From the NCBI RefSeq assembly GCF_048403405.1, contig NZ_CP183129.1: a DNA stretch of 64,000 nucleotides; one strand, 5' to 3'. Every line of letters starts with the position of its first letter. Position 1 is the stretch's first letter. A program made the translations under genes and the position numbers. Below, piece by piece: positions 45,603-55,842 of the stretch. The notes under the pieces are model-generated. The model saw only the letters and a program-made list of their open reading frames with translations, was not told where the DNA came from and ran no database searches. The DNA comes from Escherichia coli (GTDB taxonomy: Bacteria > Pseudomonadota > Gammaproteobacteria > Enterobacterales > Enterobacteriaceae).

Positions 45603-48600
45603 TATGCAAGCCTCACAATATAGTTAAATGCGATGTTTTTGACGGTGTTTTCCGCGTTACCCGCAGCGTTAACGGTGATGGTGTGTCCATGTGAACCAAT
45701 CGCAACGGAGTGCGTATGCGCACCAATACCTACAGTATGTGCATGTGCGCCAGAACTTGCTGCAGTACCAGACAGCGAGTGGGTATGAGCACCTGCTGAC
45801 TGTGTCTGAATACGTTGATAATACGATCTATAGGAAGAAGTCTCCGGGCTTACTTGATACTGTGAATTCTGGACATAAGTGAACCCACCGCCATCATAAA
45901 ATGCTAACGCAGAACCGCCGCCTCCTGGCCAACGAATACCATTACCATGAGTATGAACACCGGCAGACCCCGTAGAGCCACTCAGACTGTGCGTATGCGC
46001 CCCGGTGTTATTCGTGGATTTAGTGCCGTAATCAAACGACGATGTGGTTTTCGTCCCCAAATCCGTACTGGATGCGCTGGCGCTGTGGGTGTGCGATTTT
46101 ATGCCGTCCTGTTCCTGAGACAATACGGCCCGGCCACTGGCGGGTTTGCCCTTGATTGTCCAGCCGCGCATATCTGGAATAACACCTGAAGGATAGGCAA
46201 TAGCCAGTTTCGGATATGCTGCCTTATCAAACGTCTGCCCCTGCATGATCGCATAACCTGCAGGTGGTGTATCTGATGGCCACGGCAGCGGAACACCTGG
46301 CGGAAACGCTTCAATATTTGCCGAGCCGTCAAATTTTACGCCGTTAATTGTCCTTGCAGTTTGCAATTTGGTTGCTGTGCTTGCATTACCCGATAAAGAT
46401 CCAGTGATACCACCACTCGCGTTTAATTTAGTTGCAATTGTAACATTGCCAGTATGGTTACTAATTATAAACGGCCTTAAGCTATTGTGCGTACCAAGAC
46501 TGTTACCCGAATCTGTCAACATAAAATATGTGTTTGATCCATCATTTCGGATAAAGAATCCATAGTTGCCATAGGCAATACGCAGACCATTTGCTGACCT
46601 TGAAATAACCTCACCAGCAGCAGTTAAACCACCTGAAAGAGTCCCTCCAGTTAATGCCAATGCCCCAATATTTGAAGGGGTCAATGTGATATTTGCACTA
46701 CCATCAAATGACACACCGTTAATCGTTCTGGCTGCCTGAAGTTTCGTGGCGGTCGCAGCATTACCTGTAGTGTTTTGATTACCGGTAGCGTTGACTCCAG
46801 GCAAGTTGATATCTGCCGATCCATCAAATGCCACGCCCCCAATCTTACGTGCTGTCTTGATCTTGGTCGCAGTATCTGCGTTTCCGGTCAAATTACCAGT
46901 AACACTACCACCAACTTTTAGTCCATTACCGATGGACACCAACCCTGATCTTAAGTTTATAGAGAATGGTCTTAATGAACCGATGTCTCCATTTTCCCCC
47001 TCCCCTTCATTAGTCGGAATAAGATGAAGATGATCTTCGGAACGCCTAAAAATAAGGCCAAAGGCTTGGTTGAATATTCGAAGAGCATTTATCGTGCTGA
47101 TTTTTAACTGCCCTCCCATTGTGTCGCCAGTTTTTTGAACTGAACTATCTTTAACAGTTTTAACTGCCTTTGGCGTTGCCGCCAGCTTTTCACTGGTGCT
47201 GTTTGTTGCACTGCTGAGCTGTACTATCCCCTTTTTCGTCGTGCTCGCATCCTCCAGCGCCACGGCGGATGCAATATCCTCTGCCCGTTTTGCTGCTGTC
47301 TCGGCGCGCGTTGCCGCGGATTCAGCAGCAACTTTGCTCTGAGATGCAGCCGTCGCACTGCCTGCCGCCTCTGATGCTTTCGTTGTTGCTGTCGTGGCAC
47401 TACCTTTCGCTGCTGACGCTTGTCTGGTCGCCTCATCTTTTGAAGCAGACGCAGATGATGCCGATGACGCCGCTGAACTGGCTGACGATGCGGCTGCCGC
47501 CTTAGAGGAAGCAGCATTGTCTGCTGAAGTCTTTGCATTTGTTTCAGAGGTTTTTGCTGCAGAAGCAGACCTCGCTGCTGCAGTGGCTTGCTCAGTGGCT
47601 TTGCCAGCCTTCGTTGTGGCTGTTGAAGCGGATGATGCGGCGCTTTCTGCCGATTTTCCGGCGGCGGTGGCACTGGCTGAGGCCTGCCCGGCACTTGTTG
47701 ACGCGGCACTGGCAGATAATGCAGCCGCTGTTTTTGAACCTGCCGCAGCTGAGGCGCTCTGTCCCGCTGCTGTTTCAGAAGACTTAGCGTTCGTCTCGGA
47801 CGTTTTTGCCGCCTTCGCGGAATTTCCTGCCGCCGTTGCCGAGGAAGCTGCACTACTGGCACTTGATGATGCATTCGTTTCTGAAGATTTCGCTGCCTCT
47901 TTTGAGGCCGCCGCACCCCGTGCCGAGGTGGCAGCTTCTGACGCCTTCATGGTCGCTGTGGATGCAGAAGTGGCTGCCGATTTTTGTGATGCTGCGGCAT
48001 TCGTTTCTGACGTTTTCGCGGCACTGGCGCTGGTAGCTGCCGCGCTTTTTGATGACTCTGCAGCAGCAGCACTTTTTGCTGCTTCACGGGCCTTTGTCGA
48101 TGCCGTTCCTGCGCTGGAAGACGCTGACTGAGCCGACGACGCGGCCTGTCCGGCTGACGTGCTGGCGGCACGTGCTGAGGCTGCAGCATCGGTTGCATGA
48201 GTTGCCGCCTCGCTGGCTGATGCACTGGCATCGCTGGCTGATTTTTTCGCGGCTGCCGTATTCTGTGCAACCGCGGAGGCGTTACGTGACACCTCTTCCA
48301 CCATCTGCTCAAAGCGGCGCAGTGCCTCCGGTCGGACATCATCCTCCGTCATGGCACCGAGAAAATCATTCAGCGTACCTGGTCTGGAACCTTCATAGAC
48401 GGTAATGGTCCCGGCATGTGAAGGCGGAAAACCTTCAACCAGCAGGGTGACGCTGTACTGGCCATGCTCAACATCCATGCTGTAACGTCCGGCTTCATCC
48501 GGATTTTCAGAGGCCACCGTGTTCACCACCACCGTGCTGCTGGTTCGTCTGGCCTTCAGCACAATGGTGCAGTTCTGTACTGGTTTTCCTGTGCCATCTT

Positions 48601-48628
48601 TAAGCACGCCAGAAATTTTTACTGTCAT
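45602..48628 (-). CDS. stf: Side tail fiber protein Stf
   Basis: 1008-aa ORF; lambda-Stf-like N-terminus ([30 protein letters not shown]), long Ala/Ser/Thr-rich low-complexity shaft, C-terminal receptor-binding region. Confidence 0.85.
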   Translation of the reverse strand: MTVKISGVLKDGTGKPVQNCTIVLKARRTSSTVVVNTVASENPDEAGRYSMDVEHGQYSVTLLVEGFPPSHAGTITVYEGSRPGTLNDFLGAMTEDDVRPEALRRFEQMVEEVSRNASAVAQNTAAAKKSASDASASASEAATHATDAAASARAASTSAGQAASSAQSASSSAGTASTKAREAAKSAAAAESSKSAAATSASAAKTSETNAAASQKSAATSASTATMKASEAATSARGAAASKEAAKSSETNASSSASSAASSATAAGNSAKAAKTSETNAKSSETAAGQSASAAAGSKTAAALSASAASTSAGQASASATAAGKSAESAASSASTATTKAGKATEQATAAARSASAAKTSETNAKTSADNAASSKAAAASSASSAASSASSASASKDEATRQASAAKGSATTATTKASEAAGSATAASQSKVAAESAATRAETAAKRAEDIASAVALEDASTTKKGIVQLSSATNSTSEKLAATPKAVKTVKDSSVQKTGDTMGGQLKISTINALRIFNQAFGLIFRRSEDHLHLIPTNEGEGENGDIGSLRPFSINLRSGLVSIGNGLKVGGSVTGNLTGNADTATKIKTARKIGGVAFDGSADINLPGVNATGNQNTTGNAATATKLQAARTINGVSFDGSANITLTPSNIGALALTGGTLSGGLTAAGEVISRSANGLRIAYGNYGFFIRNDGSNTYFMLTDSGNSLGTHNSLRPFIISNHTGNVTIATKLNASGGITGSLSGNASTATKLQTARTINGVKFDGSANIEAFPPGVPLPWPSDTPPAGYAIMQGQTFDKAAYPKLAIAYPSGVIPDMRGWTIKGKPASGRAVLSQEQDGIKSHTHSASASSTDLGTKTTSSFDYGTKSTNNTGAHTHSLSGSTGSAGVHTHGNGIRWPGGGGSALAFYDGGGFTYVQNSQYQVSPETSSYRSYYQRIQTQSAGAHTHSLSGTAASSGAHAHTVGIGAHTHSVAIGSHGHTITVNAAGNAENTVKNIAFNYIVRLA

Positions 48629-48640
48629 ACTTTTCCACCA

Positions 48641-48672
48641 ATAAAAAAAGCCCGCAGCAGTGACGCCACGGG
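48641..48672 (-). terminator. Intrinsic terminator downstream of lom
   Basis: On minus strand: agcccgtggcgtcactgctgcgggct hairpin followed by ttttttatt. Confidence 0.5.
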
Positions 48673-48779
48673 CTTCAGGACAGTGTAACTTTACGTTTCC
48701 TCAAACGCAGTTCACCCCATAAGGTGGATGAACCTGCGTATCATAACAATATTTACAGAAGATAAATCGGCGTCTGTTG

Positions 48780-49379
48780 TCAGAAACGGTATCCGATACC
48801 AACAATAAATGCATCCGTTCGCCAGTCGCCACTACCGGAACCTTCATAAGCAAGGTCAATGGTTACGGATTCGGTCGGGTTAAACTGCACGCCAGCCCCC
48901 CACGCCAGAGACGTGTTGCTGTGGCGACCGTCATCACTTCCGGTCAGCACATCGTGCGTTTTCCCCTTGTTGTCAGTTACGCGGAGATAATCCCCGGAGA
49001 AAGTCGACACACGGCTGTAAGCCACACCCACCATCGCATACGCGCTGAACCATTCATTCACGCGTACAGACGGCCCCGCCATCACGCTGAACCAGCGGTT
49101 ACGCACGGAATCTTCATGCCAGCGGGTATCGCTGTAGTGCGTTTTTTGCTCATCCTCAGCATTGGCATAACTGAAGGACGTAATCAGCCCCAGCGCGTCC
49201 GTAAACTCATAACGGTATTTCACGTTAATCCCGTTCAGATTATCGCTGCCGGGAGCGTTCGTACGGGCATGAAGATACCCCGCGCTCAGTGTGGACTGAT
49301 GTTCAGACGCCCATGCAGGCGCACCGGATACGGACAGACAGATGGCTGCGGACAAAATGGCTGCACAAACTTTACGCAT
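48780..49379 (-). CDS. lom: Lom-family outer-membrane beta-barrel protein
   Basis: 199-aa ORF with signal peptide MRKVCAAILSAAICLSVSGAPAWA and C-terminal ...IGYRF; Ail/Lom family. Confidence 0.85.
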   Translation of the reverse strand: MRKVCAAILSAAICLSVSGAPAWASEHQSTLSAGYLHARTNAPGSDNLNGINVKYRYEFTDALGLITSFSYANAEDEQKTHYSDTRWHEDSVRNRWFSVMAGPSVRVNEWFSAYAMVGVAYSRVSTFSGDYLRVTDNKGKTHDVLTGSDDGRHSNTSLAWGAGVQFNPTESVTIDLAYEGSGSGDWRTDAFIVGIGYRF

Positions 49380-49446
49380 AATTACCTCTCGCTTTTCTGC
49401 AATAAAAAAGGCGCCATTTCTGGCGCCCGTATATGGGTTATAAAAT

Positions 49447-52400
49447 TCAGCTGATACTGATGCCTGCGGTGGCTTTCTTCATCACCACAACCAGCAAATC
49501 GCTGATACTTGCTGTGGGATACCAGTTATTCACCAGCCATGCTGACACCGAAAACTCCAGCGTCATGTGGCCGCGACCAGCTGGCATATCAATAACACCA
49601 CTGTAAATCAGCGTATTATCCAGCGCGGTACGGTTATAAATTTCAGCACCGTTTTTCCGTACTATCAGGCGGCATGACGAATAAGTATCGCTGTTCTCCC
49701 GCTCATGTCTGGCACCGCTGAAAGCCACCGCCGGAATAACAATCTGCCGGTTAAACGGCTGATCGTCATAAACCCTGACGGTAATGGTTCCTGATGGCCA
49801 ACGCTCCGGTGCACGGGAGTCACGGGGGAAAGCCTTACCCACTGTTTTAACGAGATCGCCTTCAATCTGGTTTGCAGACAGTTTCCCTCTGATGACACAG
49901 TTCTCGTTAATGGTGACATTATTGAGCGTGCCGGTATTCGCCGTGATGGCTCCACTGATATCCGCATTGCGGGCTGTCAGCCTGCCATCCGGCGTCAGGG
50001 AAAACGTAGGAGGATTGCCGGATGACGTGATGCTCACCGCAAACAGTCGCTTCAGGAACACGTCGTTCATGAACAGCTGATTCCCCTGCGCCACAAACAG
50101 CGGCGTGGTGTTGCCATTCTCCGGGGTAATCATCGCGATACGGTCCGCCTGCAGCAGAATACTGCTCAGCGTCTGACCATCAACATCCTCAATCCCCGCA
50201 CCAATCCCGGCCACATAGGGAATACCGTTTTTTGTTTTCTGCACCTTCAGCATATACATGGCATTCAGCTCATTGCGCGTGTCTGACTGAACCCGCTGGA
50301 TTTGCTGTATGGTCACGGCCTGGTCACCCAGCTTTTTATCCGTGGTCGAGGTAATTTCACTCCCTTTTTTATCCACGTACTGGCGGACCTGTGCTATCTG
50401 TCGGGCGTTTTCTGACTGCCCCTGGCTGACAGTCTGTGAGATTTCACTGCTCACCCGGTCCACTTTCTGGCTCACCTGCGCGATGGCCAGTGTCTGGTCC
50501 TCATTCTTTTTCGCAACCAGCTGCGTGAGGCTGTTTTCCGCCTTCCCGATTTTCCGGGTCACTTCTGCGATATCCGTGTCCATCCGCTGACGGATGTCTT
50601 CTTCCAGTTGCGTGACCTCCGTACGCAGCGCTGAAGCATCAATGCGCTCTTTCAGTGCCTGGCCCAGAAGCGTCTCATCTATCAGCCCCCGGAAAATTTC
50701 CAGATACCCTTCACCATCATTGCTGGGCTGCCCGCTGGCTTCCACAAAAGCAGATTTTCCCACCAGGTTGACGCTTCGCACGTAAAACCAGAAATCCGTC
50801 CCCGGCTTAATCCGGCTCCCCTGGACAGTCCACTGACTGCCGGTCCCCAGATAACGGGCAGATTTTTCCACCTGTGCCGTGTTCGTGATGCGTTTTTCTG
50901 AGAACCAGAATTCAAACTGTACCGTCGGGTCATACACCGCAAGACGCGGGACCGCCGTTATCTGAAAATACCCCGGCGTCAGCTCAATGGTGGCGGGTTT
51001 TGCAGGCGCGTTAATCCGGAAGGTGGTGGTCGCAGGTTCGCCCTGCTGGCCGTAGCTGTTAATGGCCCGCACCGTCAGGGTGTATTCCCCCAGTGGCAGG
51101 CCGCTGAAACGGTGCTCCGTGTCTGCGGTGATGGCGGTGGTCACCAGTCTGGCATCCGTTCCCTTACCACTGGTCAGGCGCAGACTGAAGCGCACACCCT
51201 TCACCACCCGCGGCGTGTCCCATTTCGCCTGCGCCAGATACTGGCCGTCAGCTGCGCTCACCTCCACCGTCAGGTGCTGCACTGCCGGTGGGATGACGCT
51301 GTTCAGGGAACCTGACTGCGGCTCAAAGCGGGCACCGTTATCCACGATGGCTTCTTTTTCCGGTACGTGCTGCACCGCCGTGATGGCAAAGGTGCCGTCC
51401 GTGTTTTCCCGGACGGAGACACAGCGGAACAGGCGACGGCGCAGTGACGGCAGGGAGAGTCCCCACACCCCGTATGTCTCCACACCATCAGGCAGGGTAC
51501 TGACCTGTATCCGGTCCGGCGCGGGGTGTTCGGTGATGTCCACACTCACTGGCTTACCGCTGCCGTTAATCAGGTTCACCGTGGCGGCACCGGTCTCCGG
51601 AAGTGTCACTTCACGGTCCAGCGTCAGGGTGCGGGTGGCAGCATCAATGGACAGGACACGTCCGCCGGTCAGGGTCCCGGCATAGTCGTTATCACAGATT
51701 TCAATGATGTCACCGGGTGTGTGCCGCAGCCCCTGAGACCCGAGCGTGAAATCCACCGTCTGCGTTTCCAGCAGTTCGGTCTTTATCACCCACAGTCCGG
51801 CACGGTGGGCCTGACCGCGGCTGGTACAGCCGAACGCGTCCATCTTCAGCAGGTTGCGTCCGTAGCGCAGTATGGCTTCCGGGTCTTCCACCAGTTCCGT
51901 GGAGGTCTGCCAGCCGTTCTGCGGGTCGGTGTAATTCACCTCCACCGCCGTGTGCCGGTCCTTCAGGGCACTGAAGCTGTAGCGGAATCCCACGCCGTTA
52001 TCATCCACCACCACATCGCTGTTGGTGTACGGCCACACCACATCCGACGGGCGGTCCTGAACGAACGTCAGCGTCTGACCGTTCCATACCGGCATACAGC
52101 GCATCGCAGAGCAGAAATCACTGAGAACGTCCCACGCCTTACGCTGTTGTGCCAGGTACGCATTAAAGGTCATCCGCGGCTCGGTCCCCCCGAAACCATC
52201 CGGGACCGTCTGGTCGCAGTACTGCCCGATGGCATACAGCGCCCACTTGTCCACATCCGCCGCCCCCAGACGTTTTCCCATGCCGTAGCGCGGGTGAGTC
52301 AGCATGTCCCACAGGCACCAGGCCGGGTTGTTGCTGTATGCCGGTTTCAGACTGCCGTCCCAGATACCACTGTACGTGCGTTTTTCCGGGTCATAGTTTG

Positions 52401-53139
52401 ACGGCACCTGGATGATACGACCGCGGATATGGTAGTTCACCGTCATCTGCTGGCCGCCGAACTGCTCCGCATCCACCTGCAGCCCCACAATGGCCGTGTT
52501 CGGGTAGCACTGTTTCACATCGATGATTTCGGTGTATGACGACCACAGCGTCTTATTCTGCAGCTGGTCCGTGGTGCTGTCCGCCGTCTCCCTGACCATC
52601 CGGATGTTAAAGGGCCGGGGAGGCAGATTATCCAGAATCACCGAGGCCAGGAACTGTGAGGTGGTCTTGCCGTTAATGGTGACGTCCTTTTCTGTCACCC
52701 AGTTACCGTTACGCTGTAACTGAATCAGCAGGCGGACGGTTGCCGGGTTACGGTCACCCTTTGAGGTGGTCTCCACCAGTGACTGCACCCCGAAGGTAAC
52801 CCGCAGGCGGTCAATGTTCGCGGACGTAATGGTGCGCGTCACCGGTTTTGCCTTCGTCACTTCCACGCCCAGTCCGGTTTCAGCTCCGGAGGACTCAAAG
52901 CCTTCCGGTGGTGTCTGCTCCTGCTCCCCGGCACGCCAGACCGCGGTCACACCGTGTATCACGGGATTACCGTCCGTGTCCGTCAGCGGGGTTTTGTTCA
53001 CCAGAATACTCTGCAGTCCCTTCACCGGACCTTCTATCGGTCCCTCACCAATCGCATCAATCACACTCATCATCTGCGTGGATTTGAGATTATCCTTCGC
53101 CTCACGAGGCGTGTGTGCCTTACCGCCACCTTTTCCCAT
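49447..53139 (-). CDS. J: Tail tip host-specificity protein J
   Basis: 1230-aa [55 protein letters not shown]..., lambda J-like. Confidence 0.9.
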   Translation of the reverse strand: MGKGGGKAHTPREAKDNLKSTQMMSVIDAIGEGPIEGPVKGLQSILVNKTPLTDTDGNPVIHGVTAVWRAGEQEQTPPEGFESSGAETGLGVEVTKAKPVTRTITSANIDRLRVTFGVQSLVETTSKGDRNPATVRLLIQLQRNGNWVTEKDVTINGKTTSQFLASVILDNLPPRPFNIRMVRETADSTTDQLQNKTLWSSYTEIIDVKQCYPNTAIVGLQVDAEQFGGQQMTVNYHIRGRIIQVPSNYDPEKRTYSGIWDGSLKPAYSNNPAWCLWDMLTHPRYGMGKRLGAADVDKWALYAIGQYCDQTVPDGFGGTEPRMTFNAYLAQQRKAWDVLSDFCSAMRCMPVWNGQTLTFVQDRPSDVVWPYTNSDVVVDDNGVGFRYSFSALKDRHTAVEVNYTDPQNGWQTSTELVEDPEAILRYGRNLLKMDAFGCTSRGQAHRAGLWVIKTELLETQTVDFTLGSQGLRHTPGDIIEICDNDYAGTLTGGRVLSIDAATRTLTLDREVTLPETGAATVNLINGSGKPVSVDITEHPAPDRIQVSTLPDGVETYGVWGLSLPSLRRRLFRCVSVRENTDGTFAITAVQHVPEKEAIVDNGARFEPQSGSLNSVIPPAVQHLTVEVSAADGQYLAQAKWDTPRVVKGVRFSLRLTSGKGTDARLVTTAITADTEHRFSGLPLGEYTLTVRAINSYGQQGEPATTTFRINAPAKPATIELTPGYFQITAVPRLAVYDPTVQFEFWFSEKRITNTAQVEKSARYLGTGSQWTVQGSRIKPGTDFWFYVRSVNLVGKSAFVEASGQPSNDGEGYLEIFRGLIDETLLGQALKERIDASALRTEVTQLEEDIRQRMDTDIAEVTRKIGKAENSLTQLVAKKNEDQTLAIAQVSQKVDRVSSEISQTVSQGQSENARQIAQVRQYVDKKGSEITSTTDKKLGDQAVTIQQIQRVQSDTRNELNAMYMLKVQKTKNGIPYVAGIGAGIEDVDGQTLSSILLQADRIAMITPENGNTTPLFVAQGNQLFMNDVFLKRLFAVSITSSGNPPTFSLTPDGRLTARNADISGAITANTGTLNNVTINENCVIRGKLSANQIEGDLVKTVGKAFPRDSRAPERWPSGTITVRVYDDQPFNRQIVIPAVAFSGARHERENSDTYSSCRLIVRKNGAEIYNRTALDNTLIYSGVIDMPAGRGHMTLEFSVSAWLVNNWYPTASISDLLVVVMKKATAGISIS

Positions 53140-53241
53140 ACAGCCTTCCCCTGAATAAATTAACCGCCACTTGCCATTCCGTACAGAAGTCGGATATCCT
53201 TCGCCCGAAAAGCATGAAACACATTTCTGCCATGCTAAAGA

Positions 53242-53276
53242 GAAACCCCGGTATCAGCAGATACCGGGGTTTTCTT
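53242..53276 (+). terminator. Strong hairpin plus U-tract in the I–J gap
   Basis: aaaccccggtatc agca gataccggggttt (10-13 bp perfect stem) followed by tctttc. Confidence 0.45.
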
Positions 53277-53344
53277 TCATGCCCACCGATAATCCTGTTG
53301 GTTAAAACCGGTAATGGCATAAAAATTCTGAATATCTTCACATT

Positions 53345-53477
53345 TTCACACACTGACTGTGGCGCGTATAATTTCTCTGCGTTAATTTTTTTGTCGTGAT
53401 ATAAGAATAATTCCTTACACTTAATCTTCGTAACTCTCCCGCAGTTCCTGTCCGCGATCACTGCGGGATTTTTTTAT
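53345..53477 (+). ncRNA. Candidate small RNA unit in I–J intergenic insertion (promoter 53345-53372, terminator 53438-53477), antisense to tail operon
   Basis: TTCACA-16 nt-TATAAT with AT-rich upstream; no ATG-initiated ORF downstream; cccgcag...ctgcggg hairpin followed by atttttttatt about 65-100 nt after predicted start. Confidence 0.3.
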
Positions 53478-53482
53478 TCTTT

Positions 53483-54163
53483 TTACCCCTGCCGCCCGAT
53501 AACCACGACCTTTCCGCCCCCGCCTTCATCACGGGTGCTGATGTCCTGGGATATACGGCGGGAGCCAACCAGCATTTCCCCGTAAGGCACCGGCATCGGG
53601 TTCCCCTGGGCAATCATGTTATCCAGCGAGGAAAAGTACGTGTTCTGTCTGCCGTTATCCGTTGCGCGGTAATCCGGTGTTTTTGCCTTCGGGGCCAGCA
53701 TCTGGGCCACTCCGCCCAGTATCATGCTGGCACCCAGTGAAAACAGCATCGTGGTGGCAGAAAAACCACCGGCACTCAGGGCTGTACCCCATAACGCCAT
53801 CGAGCCTCCGGCCGTGAAGAAAGAGCCCACGATGGCTGCCGCCCCCAGCACAATCTGCAGTCCACCCTTTCCGGCCCCGGCCAGTCGCGGCACAATGTGG
53901 ATGACCGTTCCCTCACCCAGCTGTTCGTGAAGACGGGCGTACACCGCCTCCGGTGCCGTGTCATCACCGGCAATACGTATCTGGTACCAGCCTTCGTTCA
54001 TCTGACGGCGAAAGCCCGGCATCTGCATCGACAGGGCGCGAATGGCTTCCGCTGCCGTGTTCACATACAGGCTGAGGCGGCGGCCAAATCGTTGTAAATC
54101 CCCGTGAAGGCAGATGCGTGCCAGTGGCGGTGACGCCAGACAGAATGCGTTCGTCGTTGCCAT
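53483..54163 (-). CDS. I: Tail assembly protein I
   Basis: 226-aa ORF, lambda I-like, overlaps K. Confidence 0.8.
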   Translation of the reverse strand: MATTNAFCLASPPLARICLHGDLQRFGRRLSLYVNTAAEAIRALSMQMPGFRRQMNEGWYQIRIAGDDTAPEAVYARLHEQLGEGTVIHIVPRLAGAGKGGLQIVLGAAAIVGSFFTAGGSMALWGTALSAGGFSATTMLFSLGASMILGGVAQMLAPKAKTPDYRATDNGRQNTYFSSLDNMIAQGNPMPVPYGEMLVGSRRISQDISTRDEGGGGKVVVIGRQG

Positions 54164-54806
54164 TTTTCGGAATACCTCTCCCGTTTACTCAGTTGTTCAG
54201 GCAGATGGTGAAGCAGCTCACCGTTACCGCAGTAAATGGCGGCATGGTTCGGTACCGAAGCACCAAAGCAGCACAGCAGAATATCGCCCGCCTGTGCAGA
54301 GGACAGGGGCACCCGGTAAAAGCCGGTGACCGCCATATTGTCCAGGTAAAGGTTCTGGCCGTTGCGCCACCAGTCATCCTCGCGATGAAAATCCGGCATT
54401 TCAGTCCCCGCCAGATGATAAGCATCCCGGAACAGCGTGTAACAGTCCGTCACCCCGTGCTCAAAGCGCCGTCCCGTCAGATGTGGCACACAGCGGAATT
54501 TGTGAATGTCACCCCGGCAGACCAGCCACCAGGGCAGTGCGCTTTTTATCTGCAGCCGCCGGTCAGCCTCGCTCAGCCAGGGCAGCCCACCGGGATGACT
54601 GTGGACCAGTGCCACAATCTCCCCCTGCATCTCTGCCCGCAGCCAGTCTTCCGGTGCGATACGAAAATACGCCTCCGGCTCCGCGGAAATATTCACACAA
54701 GGGATATACCACTCCCCCTCCGGCGTGCTTATCACGAAGCCGCACGACTCCGCAGGCGCACACCGCCGGGCATGTGCCAGAATCGCTGATTCAGTCTGTG
54801 TCATAA
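54061..54806 (-). CDS. K: Tail assembly protein K (NlpC/P60–JAB-like)
   Basis: From MTQTESAILAHARRCAPAESCGFVISTPEGEWYIPCVNISAEPEAYF... with HSHP motif; ORF in track extends upstream to 55065. Confidence 0.8.
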
Positions 54807-54814
54807 ACCGGGAT

Positions 54815-55513
54815 TTACTGCGAAAGTTTATTAATGGAAAGGAAACCGCCAAAATTGCCGACATTCCTGCGCAGTTCACACCCGCGCATGCACTTGCTGC
54901 ATCTGTCCTTACGGATATCCGTGGTGGGTTTATCGAACTCATCCGCCACAGCCCCGCCCGTGTAACCACACTCATCAGAGCGGTAGGTCCACATACAGGT
55001 GTTCGCCAGCATGATACGACCGGGAAACAGCGCCCCGTCCGTCTCGGTCGGTGTGGCCAGCACAAACGAGGCCGTCATGGCTGTCAGCTGCGACATCTGC
55101 TCCACCACCCAGCGGTCACTCAGCTCCTGCTCCGGGTCCGCCGCCGGATTGCCCGCAACGAAATTCACCGCATCCAGAAAACGGGCATACACCCGGCGGC
55201 GGACCACCGTGGCCCCCACCAGACTCTGCAGGTCTTCCGCCATCCCGGTGACCAGACCGAACAGATTGGACACCGTCAGCGACGGTCTGGCACTGCTGCC
55301 CTTCCCGCTCATCTCAAAACCGCTGCCGTCAATCGGGTATGCCTGATATTGCCGCCCCTGCCAGGTGACCGGCTCCCCTTTTTCATTCAGCTCATTACAG
55401 AAAAAATACCGCTCACCGCCCTGTACCGTCAGGTCGATTTCCCAGAGTACCACCCGCGGTGACTGCTCTGACTTAACCGACTCGTTCAGACTTTCTTCGC
55501 GAATATCCTGCAT
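54815..55513 (-). CDS. L: Minor tail protein L
   Basis: 232-aa ORF MQDIREESLNESVKSEQSPRVVLWEIDLT..., Cys cluster near C-terminus. Confidence 0.85.
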   Translation of the reverse strand: MQDIREESLNESVKSEQSPRVVLWEIDLTVQGGERYFFCNELNEKGEPVTWQGRQYQAYPIDGSGFEMSGKGSSARPSLTVSNLFGLVTGMAEDLQSLVGATVVRRRVYARFLDAVNFVAGNPAADPEQELSDRWVVEQMSQLTAMTASFVLATPTETDGALFPGRIMLANTCMWTYRSDECGYTGGAVADEFDKPTTDIRKDRCSKCMRGCELRRNVGNFGGFLSINKLSQ

Positions 55514-55842
55514 CAGTTCACCACCTGCTTAAACTCCGCGCTGAACTCAACGCGCAACATCCCGACCCGCGCAGACCACCCGGCACAGGTCACCTTTATC
55601 TGCCGGTATGCATAGGGTGGCTTCCACAAAAATGCCTTCCAGCCACCGTGCTCTGCCAGGAACGCTTCCAGATGCCGGGCCTCCTCCCGGGTCACGGAAA
55701 GCGTCACCCTGTATGTTTTCAGGTCAGCATTCAGCCCTGCCGCCATACGCTGTGAGTACCCGTCACCAAAACGCACTTCACGCACCGATGGCTGCGAGTT
55801 CACCTCCATATCCGGCTTCACTTTCCAGCGAAATGTTTTCAT
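55513..55842 (-). CDS. M: Minor tail protein M
   Basis: 109-aa ORF MKTFRWKVKPDMEVNSQPSVREVRFGDGYSQR... Confidence 0.85.
   Translation of the reverse strand: MKTFRWKVKPDMEVNSQPSVREVRFGDGYSQRMAAGLNADLKTYRVTLSVTREEARHLEAFLAEHGGWKAFLWKPPYAYRQIKVTCAGWSARVGMLRVEFSAEFKQVVN

Noticed and set aside
47224-48405. Multiple long ORFs on both strands overlapping stf (e.g. 47224-47916, 47394-48131, 47947-48342) with Arg/Gln/Pro-rich or Ala/Asp-rich translations
   Set aside because: They are alternate-frame readings of the GC-rich, repetitive Ala/Ser-coding region of the tail-fibre shaft; low-complexity translations with no start context, fully inside a well-supported gene.
51526-52401. 291-aa plus-strand ORF (and several others between 49665 and 53158)
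   Set aside because: Lie entirely within and antisense to the J gene; Arg/His-rich compositions typical of antisense frames.
53120-53461. 113-aa minus-strand ORF spanning the I–J gap
   Set aside because: Begins inside the putative promoter/terminator region, translation is low-complexity with no recognisable domain, and lambda has no gene here; treated as non-coding, although a small moron protein cannot be excluded without homology data.
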